Of a DNA stretch of 64,000 bases, positions 37,868-52,420 are shown one piece after another. The stretch comes from Eukaryota sp. GEM-RC1. Lineage: Eukaryota. Both the position numbers and the translations under genes were made by a program. Below the pieces are notes generated by a model. The model searched no databases. It saw nothing but the letters and a program-made list of their open reading frames with translations, and had not been told where the DNA came from. The stretch covers positions 1 through 64,000 of the forward strand of contig JAUFOQ010000001.1 in the NCBI GenBank assembly GCA_040285855.1, in the 5' to 3' direction. How positions within the stretch are numbered: position 1 is the first letter of the stretch; each line of letters starts with the position of its first letter.

Positions 37868-40800
37868 TTACAAAGTTCCTTCACTTTCTTGTAACAAAGG
37901 ATGTTTCAACTCACTCAAATTTAAAGTACCAGAGTTGTACGAACTTGAAGATCTGACGCTAAAGTAAATATACTGGCCAATAGCACCCAAAAGTAAACAA
38001 CACAAAGCCAAAACAATATACATTAAAAGAGGACTTTCAGGTTGAGCATCAGTCACTTTACATTCAGATCCAGAATATCCAGAAATACAGAAGATGCATC
38101 TCTCTCCACTCCAAAATCCTCTATCGTCATCACTGAAACAATCACATTGTTCGTCATCATTACAAACTCCATTTCCGTTACAAGTTACTTCTGGAGAACA
38201 AATCACTGTCGTACAGTTAGAACCTGTATACGAAGGATGACACTTGTCACAATAACCACCAGTCCAGAATCCGTTCTTAGGATCTTCATAACAACTACAG
38301 GAGCCATCAAGATCACACTCTCCATTACCAGAACAAGTAGTCTCAGGATCACAATTGTAAATAACTTCAGATTCGATAACAAAAGAACAAGAAACAGTGG
38401 TTCCTTCAACAGCAAAGTACATTCTTTTGCGAGCAACTCTTTTCTCCAATGGAAACGAACTGAATTCCCTTACCTCCATGTTCAGCGTTGAACCCATCAG
38501 GATGATGATATTCACTAGAAGCAAATAGAGAGAGTCCAGAGACACAAGACTCGAATTCCTTAGAATAAGGTGTAATTGTAACATTCAAGGAAACCATTCT
38601 ATCGTAAACTGGATCAGTGGTTCTGTAGTTAAAGTACTTCTTCTCATCCAACATAACAGAAGAAGTAAACGGAACTCTAGCAGGAACACGGATAGAAGAC
38701 AGTAACATAAGACTGTATTTAAAAGAATTGTAGACAGAAGACTGGTGATATCCACTGACAGTAACTAAGAAACTTCTTGAAACAGCACCCTTTTGGAATG
38801 TTGATCGTCATGTAGCATTTCAAGGTAAACAGTTTGACCGGAACTTTCAACATTGTAGTCGTAACGAGAGACTGTGGGTAGACCAACAAAAGAGACATAG
38901 ACTGCCATGGGGAGGGAGTCATAAGAGCGAGAATGGAATTTTAGCCAGTAATCGACAGTAGTACCTTCATTGTGGAAACGATAGACCTGTTCAGGCCTTG
39001 ATGGGGTTAGTTCTCCCGTAAGGGACATTCCACTGATCGCCGGAGTCACAAGAGCAACATAGAACTCAAAAGAATCAGGATTAGCGTTCACAGTAGCAGT
39101 GTGGACAAGAGAAAACCACCAGGTCATTGAATCACCGGACGGCACATCAGTTTTTGCATCAACCAACAGAGTGTTACCCGGGGTAACAAGCCAATTATGT
39201 TCTCGCTCAGTAGGATTCATATTGTGAATATCCCCAGACACAAAACACTTTAAGGGAGCTGCAGAATCTAAGGAAACGATTAGTTTGACATCGACATCAA
39301 ATTCGGTAAGATCACTAGTGAATATAAAGCGTTGGCGGTCCTGTGGAGCAATGAACCCCACGTTATGTTGATTTGAAGCGATATTGGCCATCTGCGGAGT
39401 TGAAATTCTAATTGAGAATGAGGAAGAAACTAAACCACGAACTCCAATGTAAACGTAGGACTTTCCTTCAAGGTCTTCGTTAGGAATAACTATCTGTTGA
39501 ACCAGTTGAGTCTTATTAGCAATAGTTCTGGCTCTGTATGCGTGGGTCCAAGAAAGAGACGAAGGGAATTGGTGATTGAGATCAGCAAACATTTCCAAAG
39601 ATGTCTTGAAATTTCCAAAAAGTCATGACTGTCAGAAGTGGCAGTGATGCCGAGATCAGTGCCACTAATTATACCGAGATCCCTAGGTATTCTGAAGAAG
39701 ACTGATTGTTGAGCTTCGATCTTATATGTTTTGATTTCGTATCGGTTTAATTGATAGACGAAGTTAATCATTATTGGAAGACTGTAATGAGCATAGTCAG
39801 TGGGAGGAGATGTAATTGCAGTGTAGAAGCGGTCACCAGGGCTGTAAACAAAATTTACGTTCCAATACAACAATCCATTGTCAGACTCAGCATCACTTGA
39901 CTCCTCAGAGGGAAACATTTCATAATGAGAACCGTACATTTTTAATCCAGAAAGTTGACTGGGGGTAAGAGAACTTGAACACCAACAGCAACGGCTTGGA
40001 TTCTGATCTCAGGTGATAAAACGAAGTAAGTAGGTTTATCAGAACTCTCATCTACAGGCAGGTAGGTGATAAAACCAGGTAAAACAACGTGATGGGTTTG
40101 GGTGAGGTGAAAAGCAAACCTTACCAAATGATTAGGCATAGTAATAGTAGGAGCAACTCCAATGAAGACCTTGTCCACGTCAGAAAACGGAGACGGAATT
40201 GAGATGATTCCACCCATTTCTAGGTATGACACGTCATCGTACTCCAATGGCATCAGGTTGAGGGTTCTCTTTATTAAAAGAAACGTAAACGAAAGAACTG
40301 TCAAGGCGCCAGTGATTAGAGTAGATGGCAGATAAGGGAAGGTTTGAATCATTCTTCACCTGAAGCTCAAAGTGAGCGTAACAACCTCGGGAGAGCTCTC
40401 CAATTAGTAGATCAAACTCTTTAACGACTTTGGATGGTATTGAAGCAGTGATTGAGAAATTGGTGGAGCCTGACACGTGGACAGCGAAAAACAAGGGGGA
40501 CTGTTTAGTGAGACGTATGGAGGTGGTAAACTCCTTTCCAGATACTTCTTTGCTGGGGTCAGATGTGGTGGGACGACCGTTATCTTGTGAGTAGTGAACT
40601 TTGGTAACGGTTCCAGAGTTCACAGAAATCTTAAGAGAAATATCATCAGTGGAACAAATAGGGATGAAATAATAAGATGTGGAAGCTGTGCTACTTCTTA
40701 GGGTAGTAGGTCTCCCGGAACGTAGAGGAACGGCAGAAATTGCAGTGATATTGAAGGAGTTAGAAGATTCTACATAAATCTCGACATTGGAAACGACAGA

Positions 40801-41088
40801 GATGAAAAGTCTACCATGTCCCTTTGGTGAATGTGGTATAGTGACAAGATCGATACCACTAAAGGTGCCATTCCAAGAAACAGGATATTCTTCTAAACTG
40901 ACGAAAATGGACACAGGATCTGAGAACTCCGTCCAAATTATCGTTTCTTCATCAAAGTGAGTATCAGTGTAGAAAAACATTGGTTTTCTTCCCAGCGGAA
41001 ACTCTGATTCGACGGCAATGTTTGATTCCAATCTCTGATGGTTACCAAGCACTAACAAGACAAGACACGAGAGTAGCAGAAGACGCAT
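37868..41088 (-). CDS. EGF-repeat surface protein C (B-type N-terminus, divergent middle; several frameshifts)
   Basis: ORFs 40234-41136, 39942-40352, 39490-39939, 38765-39598, 38406-38708 and 37868-38584 tile one family member. Confidence 0.85.
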
Positions 41089-41780
41089 AGCGTTGATCGA
41101 GCAAAATTTTGATTTCAAATTCTTATCGTTCATCAATTGAGCACATCTTCTGGAATCAAAGGCGAGAACATGTAAGTGTTTGCAATTCTTGTTGTGTTCA
41201 ACAAAGAACTATCCAGAGTGCGGACAAAAGGAATGACACGTAAGCACATCACGTGCGTCGTTGAGAATCTAGTTGGTCAACTCTTTTCCTAATTGACTTG
41301 ACTTGACTTCAGTATCCACTTTAACAGTGACTTTCTACCTCACCATAGCTTATAGCTTTTTATAGCTTATCGTCCTTGAACATTTTGATCAAATTCATTG
41401 AACATAGTTTCTTTGAACACATTCTACTTGCTTACTGAGAAGTTCAACAGCTCTTTCTACAGGAATTCTGAGTACTACTAAACCGGTTTACCGTATACAG
41501 ACTTGGCAACCTCACTTTCCCAATCTCGTTATGTCACCCTTTTTGCCATCATTGGTCTTAAACGTCTGTTTCCTCTTCTGCTCGACTATTCTGTTTCTAC
41601 AAGCGCTTTAGACTCCAGTTTCTGTTTCTCTTGTTACTGTTTAGTCTTTGTGTTGTTGCAGTACCCATAAAATATAGTTCTGTGTTCTTCTCGTGTTAAG
41701 GCAACATTCATTGTTATTGAATATCACCGGAACTTTTGTTAATAATCTTAATCCCATACTGGATAACATAGAGTGTATAG

Positions 41781-42343
41781 TAGAGCTGGGCACAGACTGA
41801 CTAGACTAGACTAAGACTAAAGTAACTGACTACCGACTAGACTAAGACGAGACAAAGATACTAAGTAGTAGACTAAAAGGGTTGTCCAAACATCAAATTT
41901 ATAAAACAGAAATTTCTACTGAATCACTAGAAGTCAAGTACATCGAAGCCAAGATTTTAAACCTTCAACCGCACATAGAATGCAGTGCTTCTGATTGAAA
42001 CTTGCTTCTGGCTTATAGAATTGGTGACCGTTCCATCTCTGTTTTGGAGACAATGGTTGTAGAGAATGTCGGGGCAGTTTTTCAGGAGGTTCAGACATTG
42101 TGTTAAAAATAATAGACTAATGATTACACTAATTTATTATGTACAGACTACAGACTAGACTACAGACTTAATGAACAGACTACAGACTAGACTAAGACTA
42201 AGTGAGTAGACTACGGACTAGACTACTGACTTAATGAACAGACTACGGACTAGACTAAGACTAAGTGAGTAGACTAAGATTTAGACTAAAAGCTTAGTCT
42301 AGTCCGTAGTCAGTAGACTAGTCTAGTCGAATGCCCAGCTCTA
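41781..42343. mobile_element. hAT-type MITE (563 bp)
   Basis: Perfect 12-bp TIR TAGAGCTGGGCA; 8-bp TSD GTGTATAG (41773-41780, 42344-42351); many AGACT subterminal repeats; empty site visible at ~3960 and ~20105. Confidence 0.95.
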
Positions 42344-44790
42344 GTGTATAGATACCGTGAGACCAATTAGTCAATTACCAATTACAGTAATCTGAATAAT
42401 TTAATCATCCTTCATTTTAATGGAAACCTCAAGATTCAATGAAATTCATTAAGTAGAAATGGTCAAATTCGACTGGATCTTTTCAGATCGGATTGGCATC
42501 GTATTTGACATAAAAAATCCGATTCCAAGGTCTTACTATGTGTCACACAGAACCAAGAGTTTATGTGATGAAACAACTATGATCTATCAACACTCTATTA
42601 CGGACATCACTGCATAGTGCTCTCATGTTTTAAATAAATTTGCACATCTTAAAACGATAATTTAAATAACGGATTTCTTGAGTGTACAATTGCATTTCTA
42701 CGAGATGCATTTCGTCATCGAATTCAGTGTAGAGAAATATTGTCTTTGGAAAGGATGTTAATTGATTCTGGAATGCCACATTGCATATAATGAACCTTAA
42801 CCTTCACAATACTACCAAAACGGTATGAAGTCGTGCCAATGTATGAAATATAAACATGGTATAACGACAAAGTAAACACTCAATCTATACCGAATCATTG
42901 TTATATATCATCAAGGTGTAACTGTAGTGTCCTGATTCAGATTAATGCATCCAAATTTTCCATAATTTCATGTAATGAACCGAGATCTAGTTACATACTA
43001 TGACAAATCATTCATGAAAAAACGTGCAAAAGGATCCATTTGACATTGGTACATGTAGCTGTGTTTTCGAATGATGTTCTGTTTCCATTCTGACAAGAAG
43101 TTGGAACGATAATCGCATGTAAACGTTTAAAGTGACACGTCATTGGATGGAGCGACAAGAAAGCAAAATCCTCATTGTCATTCTCCCATTTTGTGTTCAT
43201 TTACACTTCAGCGACCACTTTACGACTCCTTGATTCATTTCTTCGCTTTTTCCACGTCAGATGACTCATACTCAATGTCTCTCTTTTCCAATGAACTCCA
43301 GACCTTTGCAACATTCTCGCTTGTGAACGGCATTTACTGATACTGGTTGGTGTTATCGTTGGTCTCGATTATGATCACAAAGGGATTCTGTGTTCAGCGA
43401 TGACTCACTCTCTCTTGCAAAAGAAGTGTTCCAAGAAAAGCTATGTGGTTTCAGACCTTATTCCCCCCTCTCAATGTTTTATCGTTCACACAAACTTAAT
43501 CATGGTTACATTATGCCGTTGTCTTCATTACCATTAAGACGAAGCTGTTCAAATGTAAATGTAGGCTACTAACAATGGAATCAGTACGGATACGACACGA
43601 AAGCCGCTGAACTATGCCTGAGTAGGATTGATGTAAAGCACCACTGTTGATATCTATAAAGAACGTAAATTCTATCTGTATTAAGTCAGGAATCAAATGA
43701 GTAATGGAAACATTTCTGTTCAATTGCGACAGCACCATGAATTACCTTCTCAATTAGAAGGTGATTTCTAAGTTACAGTTACAGTTTTTTGTGGATTTTT
43801 ACAATTCTTCCTCGAAAATAACACAAGAGTCGAATTGTTCATAGCGACTTTATCCTGGTGAGCACATTTCTATCAAAAACTAGCATGAAGCAAATTTATA
43901 TTGGAAGTGTTAAACATCAATCATGGGATCGAAGCTTTGATCCATTCAGACCTTAATGGACGGGAGTCAAAGTAAGCGAATTCACACCCTATTCTCACAG
44001 TGAGGATAGGGATATTAGGATCTAACATTTAACCCTAATTAAGCAAATTATATAAAAAATTTCGAATAAGGAAGTTTTCTTGAATGAAGTGTTGTGCACC
44101 GTCGAGAAGCACTAAGTGACGTAGAAATCAAAACTTCATCTCTCATAGGACTATTATACAACTGAAAAAATAAAAGGATGATTAATGATCACCTACAGTA
44201 TGTTTGATGGTGTGACGAAAAACATGCGAAGAACCTATATTTTACGGGTAGAACGCAAAGACAGAACAAAGAAACTGAAACTGGAGTGTTGTAAGCGCTT
44301 ATGGAGACAAAGGCGTTTTAGACCAACGATAGTAAATCAGTGTGATATAACGAGATTGGCAAAGTGAGGTTGCGAACTTTTGATTCTTTCTAAGGTAAAC
44401 CGGTTTAGTAGTACTCAGAAATCCTCTGGAAAGAGCTGTTGAACTTCTCAGTAAGCAAGTAGAATGTGTTCAAAGAAACTATGTTCAATGAACTTAATCA
44501 AAGTCTTCAAGGACGATAAGCAATAAAAGGTTATAAGCTATGGTGGTATGGTGAGGCCGAAAGTCGCTGTTAAAGTGGATTCTGAAGTCAAGTCAAGTCA
44601 ATTAGGAAAAGAGTTGGTCAAACAGATTCTCAACGACGCACGTGATGAACTTACGTGTCATTACTTTTCTCTTACACTCTGGATAGGTCTCCGTTGAACA
44701 CAAGAAGAATTGCAAACACTAACATGTTCTCGCATTTGATTCCAGTCAATGTACTGAATTGATGAACGATAAGAATTTGAAATCAAAATT

Positions 44791-47700
44791 TTGCTCGATC
44801 TTCTTATATTCTCGTGTCTTGTCTTGTTAGTGCTTGGTTACCATTTTAGGTTGGAATCAAATATTGCCCATGAATCACAGTTTCCGCTGGGAAGAAAGGC
44901 AGAATGTTTCTACATTGATACGATCTTTGATGAAGAAACGATTATTTGGACGGAGTTCCCAGATCCTGTGTCCATTTTAGTCGGTTTAGAAGAATATCCT
45001 GCTCCTTGGAATGCCACGTTTAGTGGAATCGATCTCGTAACTGTTCCACCTTCACCAAATGGTCATAAGAGACTTTTCATCTGTGTATTACCCACTGCCG
45101 AGATTTCTCCAGATTCTTCTTGGACATTCACTATCACCGCAATTTCTGCCGTTCCTCTACGTTCCGGGAGACCTACTACCCTGACTACTAGCACTGCTGC
45201 CACCTCTTATTACTACATCCCTGTATGTTCCACAGACAATGATATTATTTCTCTTCAGATTTATGTCAACTCTGGAAGCGTTACCAAGGTTCACTACTCA
45301 CAAGATAACGGTCGTCCCACCCCATCTGATCCCATCAAAGTAGTATCTGAAAAGGAGTTTACCACCACCATACGTATCAGCAAACAGTCTCCTCTGTTTT
45401 TCGCTGTCCACGTCTCAGGCTCCACCAATTTCTCAATCACTGCTTCAATACCCTCCAAAGTCGTTAAAGAGTTGGATCTACTAACTGGAGAGCTCTCCCG
45501 AGGTTGTTACGCTCACTTTGAGCTTCAAATAAATTCAAAACTTCCCTTGTCTGCAATCTACTCCAAAGACTCGCCCGTTGACAGCTCTTTCGTTTACGTT
45601 TCTTTTAATGAAGAGAACCCTCAACCTGATGCCATTGAGTTCGATGACGTGTCATACCTAGAAAAGGGAGGAATCATCTCAATTCCGTCTTTTTATTCTG
45701 ACGTGGACAAGGTCTTCATTGGAGTTGCTCCTACTATTACTATGCCTAATCATTTGGTAAGGTTTGCTCTTCATCTCACCCAAACCCATCACGTTGTTTT
45801 ACCTGGTTTTATCACCTACCTGCCCGTTCCTGAGAGTTTTGATAAACCTACTTACTTCGTTTTATCACGTGAGATCAGAATCCAAGCCGTTGCTGTTGGT
45901 GTTCAAGTTCTCTTGCCTCCAAGTGAACTTTCTGGATTAAAAATGTACGGTTCTCGTCATGAAATGCTTCCCTCTGAGGAGTCAAGTCATGCTCAGTCTG
46001 GCACGGGGTTATTGTATGACGATTTGGACAGTCTAATGCATCTGCCTGGCGACTTCATTCACTTCTACACTGCAATTGCATCTCCTCCCACTGACTATGC
46101 TCATTCCAGTCTACCAATAATGATTAACTTCGTCCATCGTTTATCCACCGTTAGAACCAATACATTTAACATTGAAGCTCAACAATCAGTTTTCTTCAGA
46201 TTACAAATCGAGAACCAGGAGACTGATTACGTCATCACTGCCACTTCTAACAGTTCAATAGTTGACAGAACACATCGTTTAATGGATATAACATTCCCCC
46301 CTGCAAATGTTTGCTGATCTCAACCACAAACTTCCTTCCTCACTGTCATGGACTCACTCATACAGAGCAAGTACTACTTCTAGTAATGCAACACAGTTGA
46401 TTATCCCTAAGGAAGATCTTAAAGAAAAGAGGTTCGTTTACATTGGAATACATGGTTTAGTTCCTTCATCCTTTACCATCAGCGCTTTCACTAAGAAATT
46501 ACCCCCTATTGCTTCAAATCAACGTAACCTTGGGTTCATTGCTCCACATGACCGCCAACGCTTCTTCTTCACTACTCCCTTTCCCAAATCAAGTGCTGAC
46601 AGCAAGCTCATCGTGTCCTTGGAATCTGCAGCTCCCTTGAAGTGTTTTGTATCTAGCCATGACCAGAATACGAATCCAGATGAGCAAAAACATGATTGGC
46701 TTGTTACCCCTGGTAATACTCTCTTGGTTGATGTAGATTTTTACCAACGGGAGTTGACGCAACTAACCTGGTGGTTTTCTCTTGTCCACACTGCTACTAT
46801 AAACGCTAAACCTGATCCCTTTGAGTTCTATGTTGCTCTTGTTACTCCCATGGTTAGTGGAATGAATCAATTTGGAGAACTAACCCCATCAATGCCTGAA
46901 AAGGTCTATCTATTCAACAGGGAAACTTCTACTGTTGATTATTTTATTATGTTTCTCACATACACCAAAACTTCCACCCCTATTACAATCTCCGTGTCTT
47001 CCGCTGGTCTACCCTCAGACTCTCGTTACGATTACATTGTTGAAAGGCCCTCTGGACGTAGATTCCTCTTCTTCGAAATGTTGCATGACGATCTACCTGC
47101 TGTTTCAGGAAGTTTCTTATTGTCTGTAAATGGACATTCCCATCATTGTCTTTATTTTCTTACCTTCTGGTCTTCTATCCGCGTTTCTAATAATATTCCG
47201 TTTACTTCTTCTGTTATGTTGGATGAGAAGAAGTTCTTTAACTACAGAACCACTGATCCAGTTTACGATAGAATGGTTTCCTTGAATGTTACAATTACAC
47301 CTTTCTCTAAGGAATTCGTGTCTTGTGTCTCTGGACTCTCTCTATTTGCTTCTAGTAAATACCATTATCCTAATGAGTTCAACGCTGATCATGGAGGTAA
47401 GGGAATTCAGTTCGTTTCCATTGGAGAGGAAGACTTGCTTACTGGGCGAATGTACTTTGGTGTTGAAGGAACCACTGCTTCTTGTACTTTTGTTATTCAA
47501 TCTGAAGTTATTTACAATTGTGAAGCTGAGACTACTTGTTCTGGTAATGGGGAGTGTGATCTTGATGGAATCTGTAGTTGTTATGAAGATCCTAAGAGGG
47601 GATTCTGGACTGGTGGTAATTGTGACAAGTGTCATCCTTCGTATACAGGTCATAACTGTACGACAGTGATTTGTTCTCCAGAAGTAACTTGTAACGGAAA

Positions 47701-48004
47701 TGGAGTTTGTAATGATGAAGGTCAGTGTGATTGTTTCAGTGATGACGATAGAGGATTCTGGAGTGGAGACAGATGCATCTTCTGTATTTCTGGATATTCT
47801 GGATCTGAATGTAAAACGAATGATGTTCAACCTGAAAGTCCTCTTTTAATGTATATTGTTTTGGCTTTGTGTGGTGTACTATTGGGTGCTATTGGCCAGA
47901 ATATTTACTTTAGCGTCAGATCTTCAAGTTCGTACAACTCTGGTACTTTAAATTTGAGTGAATTGAAACATCCTTTGTTACAAGAAAGTAAAGGACCTTT
48001 GTAA
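44791..48004 (+). CDS. EGF-repeat surface protein D (A-type N-terminus; start codon deleted; one frameshift near 46300)
   Basis: ORFs 44791-46317 and 46307-48004 cover the whole protein; 13 bp containing the MRLL ATG are missing at ~44800. Confidence 0.85.
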
Positions 48005-48683
48005 ATGAACAGGGGGTATTGACCTATATATTTGTTGACTTTGATAGTAATAAAGTCAATTAACTGTTTTGAATGATCTCTTTTCCATAGATTACATTAA
48101 ATGTGTTATTGATTGATCTTTTGCTATGATTTGTAACTCATAAATAACGGATACTCGGCTTTGATAGTCCATGTTGACGATACACTTCATTGTGGACAGC
48201 TCGCTGTATCCCTTCTGTTAATGTTTAAACAACAGTATTTTGACATGGCCTTGATTTGTAGCAGCGTTGGAAGACACACATGGGCACAGACACGGTTTCT
48301 TTTCAACATGCTAGGTTCTTTTGTTTATTACGTTCCTTTTCGAATTTAATCAAACGAGTTCAAAAGAGCAGTCGAACTGTTTCAATTTTTCCATGTATTT
48401 TCACTTCGTTACCATCAACTAGATCTTTCAAAGTTCGATCAATGCAGCAAGCATTGGAAGGAGTCATGAAATTGTTTCTAATTATTAGCTGCTAAAAAAA
48501 GACAAAATATATAACAGTAAATGAACACAGTACACCAAAACAAACGGAATTAAAATAGAACATTATAACTTACTTAAATCTCTACATGACACTCTACTTC
48601 AAGTTTGTCTGGGAAGACCTGATTCATCTTGGCTATTGGAAATAGGATTCTTCATACACATTTATAGATGTTGATTGTAACAA

Positions 48684-49110
48684 TTGTCAAAGAACCCATG
48701 TAATATTGCAAGACAAAAGGATGTCACTAAACAAGCAGGAGAGCTTGCTGGACTCACTGTTAGTAGGGAAGAACCAATAGCAGCAGCCATTGCTTATTTT
48801 GATGCATTTCCAAAATTGAATATCGCTGGTAAAATGTTTCTCGTATTTGACCTTGGCGGTGGTACTTTTGAAATAACCCTTGTGAAAGCAGGAACAGCCA
48901 GCCATGCTGTAATTGATGCCGATCATGATGCCAATCTTGATGGCTCAGATTTCGATGAACTTTTACTCCAATACTGTCTAGACAGTGCTGCTCAGAGGTT
49001 TGGGGAAGAAATCCGAAATAACGTTCAATTCTGTTTCAAGTCTCAGAGTTAAATGTGAATGTGCTAAAAAGGAACTTTCTTCTGAAACTAGGTTTAGAGT
49101 TCAAATTCAG
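48684..49110 (+). pseudogene. Hsp70 nucleotide-binding-domain fragment, paralogue of 58384-60723
   Basis: EEPIAAAIAY, VFDLGGGTFE and LDGSDFD motifs; high nucleotide similarity to 59860-60240; both ends missing. Confidence 0.85.
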
Positions 49111-49706
49111 TCTGGAGCATTTCTTATATTTATTCAAAGTAAATTTTGAAGTAACTCTTTCAGATATACAGTAAACTGTCGAGAGTTTGTATTGATACTA
49201 TAAAAAATAAAATTAAGTCTATACACTTGTTGAGGGCACAAATAAACGTTTGTAACGTTTGTTTCTAAGGGAACTTTACAATAACAATTCTAAAAAATTC
49301 AAAACGAAATCCACTCAAGAAAATCCGTTTTTACATCCAGTATTAATATTACATACTGATCCAGTATGCACATCACAAAAGTTTACATTCATTTAAACTC
49401 TTTTTTTAAACTCAGTTGAATAGACACTCACTGGCTCTTGGAGTTTGAATGTGAACTTCTCCTTAGACATCTAGCTTCTTAGTGTTCACTTCAACAACAT
49501 ATATGTCTTCATCCATTTCTTCTTCGGATAGTCATTCACCTTCTCTTACATCGAATCGCTTACACATTCAATACTTAACTGGATGATGGTAATGACACGG
49601 TACACACGGCTAACACCGAATCACGTGTAGCGATCTTGGTTAAAAGAACTATAGTACAAAAATAGTGTAGATGTGCAAAAATTAAAACGTTCTGAACCTT
49701 TCTCTC

Positions 49707-52420
49707 ATGCATCAACTGAAGATAATACTGGTTAGTCTTACGGTATTAGCTGTCACACTTGCTGATGTTATTGGACATACTTTCCTGGAGTATGGCGTTC
49801 CCACTATGGGTGAGTTCCCGAAAGACAAGACACAATCACATTACTACATTGATGTTGCTGCTAAAGAAAAGCTCTCTTTATCGATCGAGGCACACAATCC
49901 TGTTCAAATTCTTGTAGCCCAATCTCCGTTTCCTCAACGACACAATGCTTCTTGGGAAGTTATAGACTATTTTGAACTCGGCCCTGAAAACCCAAACTAT
50001 TTCCCTGGAAGGTACTACATCACACTTCTTTATCCTCACATATTGTCGATGAAATACACCGTTACAGGATATTCCGACACTCCAATGCTGGAAGAAATCC
50101 CTACCACAGGTATAATCCATGAAAATGGTTACGCATTCTTCTCCTACCCAGTCTGTACGAAGGGTAAGCTCACCGTCGAAGTGTTTAGCGAAGGTACCAC
50201 TCAAGGAATGTATCTCTCCCAACAATGGGCTCATCCCACATCCGCCGAAGGTCGCCACTCCTACAAGACCACTTCCGGTCGTATCCAAATCGACGTGAAA
50301 TCTCCTGGTCGCATGTACATTGGTGTCAAGGGCAAGATTGGTGATGATGTGAGTCTTATCGGAACCATGGACAATGAAATTGAAACTATTTCTGAAGGTG
50401 TTGTTGTCTCTGGTTCGATCCTCCGTGGATGTACTCGGCGTTACATGTTTGACTCTGTTTATACAGGTTCTGGACTTCATCTTACCATCATGGGTGAACA
50501 GTATTCTTTAATCAGTGAAGTCTTCATTTATCTATCTCATGGGGACCATAACATATTCCCTGACCGATATGACTATGATGACGTGTCGTTACTGGAAGTT
50601 GGAGCTGCTGCTCATTTCAGTACCTTTGAATTCATTGACGGTACTGCATATCTTGGTATCGAAGCTCCTGATGCCAGTCCTTGGATTGGTTCTAAATACT
50701 CCTTTCAATTCTCTCAACACCACGAGTTTATCTACGTAGGTTATGAAACCCGTGTCACTATCCCTTCTACCACTGAAGGAGCTCTGTTTGTTATCAGTCG
50801 TGCTGCTGAATTCCCTGTTAGATACATTGCTGCTGAGGTTGCTTTTGGTGACGTGAGAGAACGTGATAACCATGACTATTTGATTATGGGTTCTCATGAT
50901 GATCCTAACGTTGAAGGTGAAGGCTCTTGTACTGGAACCTGGGGTTATATGGAATGCTACGATTCCTTCTTTCCCCTTGATCAGATTCGCTACTTTATCC
51001 GAGTCGTTTACAAGGATCTTGATGCTTCCGAGGCTCCTTCTACTGATGCTAAGATATTGACATCCTTTGTATATACCGCTACTCTTTATTCCAAGTATGA
51101 GGGAAACATCGAAAAGGACGAATTTGTTTCCTTTGTTGTCGACATTCCATCTGATGAAAGTGGTTTTGATGTTTACGTAAGAGCAACCACAAATGGTGAT
51201 GGTTTCATTGAACTCTATGGTGGATGGGATCGTATTCCTACAGGTCACAAATCTTTCCACAAGTGGAGAGGTGTTCCTTCCGGTTACCAACGTGAGATCA
51301 GAATTCCTAGCGATGAAATTGATTTTGGGAAAGATGCTACTATCTACTTCTCTATTAGAGGAACTACAAAGGCGACCTTCAGCCTTGTTACCTTCACTGG
51401 ACGCCACATACCTCTTCCCAATGATGTAAGGTACTACAGCTACATTGCCCCAATGTCTGTTGTTCATTATATATATTACTCTGACAGTGACAATGAATCC
51501 CTGTTATTCAGTCTTCAAACTGAAGACGATGTACTTATCACTGCATACGTTTCAAATTCATTTCAAAACCCTGATGCAGATAATCACGATTATACATTTA
51601 CTTCTACATCTGGACCTCTTCTAGTTCAGAACAATGGGCCCTTGTATAATGCTACGAAGCCCTACTTTTTAACCCTTTTGAGCTCACAGTCTGCTTCAAC
51701 TGACAGTGACATTGCTTTCGAGCTCTTTGTAGCACGTGTTACTTCTATAAGTAGAACGGTACATATCTGGGAGAAGTTATCTCCATTGTCTGAGCGACTA
51801 TACTCATTCAACAGTTATGGTTTTCATGTGGACCATTTTCTACAAATTCTTCCCTATTCAGCAGTTGTTTCACCGATGTCAGTTTATGTATCTTCATCTC
51901 GTCTTCCTTCATTTTCTGACCACGACTACAGTGCTAACATTACATCAGATTTACACACAATTGAAATGCTGAGCGACAAGAGAATGGTTCCAGGGACTCA
52001 TTTAGTCTCTGTTAAGGATCACATGGGCATTTATTACAGATTGTCTTTAATGTCTTCTGTTCATCTTTTTGATGGAATTCCTTTACAAACTTCTGTTTTG
52101 TTTCTTGAAAAGGAATATTTCAATTACAAAATCACAGAGATTGATTACCAACGAATTCTCTTTTTGAATGTTTCCAGTTAAACCGTATTCTACAGACGTT
52201 GATTTCTGTGTTGCTGGTTTGTCTCTTTTGGTTCTTCCATGTTTCATAATCCTAATTACGCGAACTTTGATTTAGGAGGAAAGGGAATTCAGTCCGTTTC
52301 GATTGGAAAGGAAGATCTAGTTGTAGGAAGAGTGTACTTCTCTGTAGAGGGTACAACTTCTTCTTGTACTTTTGTAATTGAAGCTGAAGCTGTTTACAAC
52401 TGTGACCCAGTTGCTACTTC
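49707..52420 (+). CDS. Divergent member (E) of the surface-protein family, truncated at the start of the first EGF repeat
   Basis: Signal peptide; YDDVSLLE, YIAP and GGKGIQSVSIGKEDL...VEGTT...VYNCD match the family; no EGF, TM or tail follows. Confidence 0.8.

Noticed and set aside
49878..51467. Antisense ORFs of 200 and 292 aa (and similar ones opposite other genes)
   Set aside because: Shadow frames of the real coding strand with no recognisable features.
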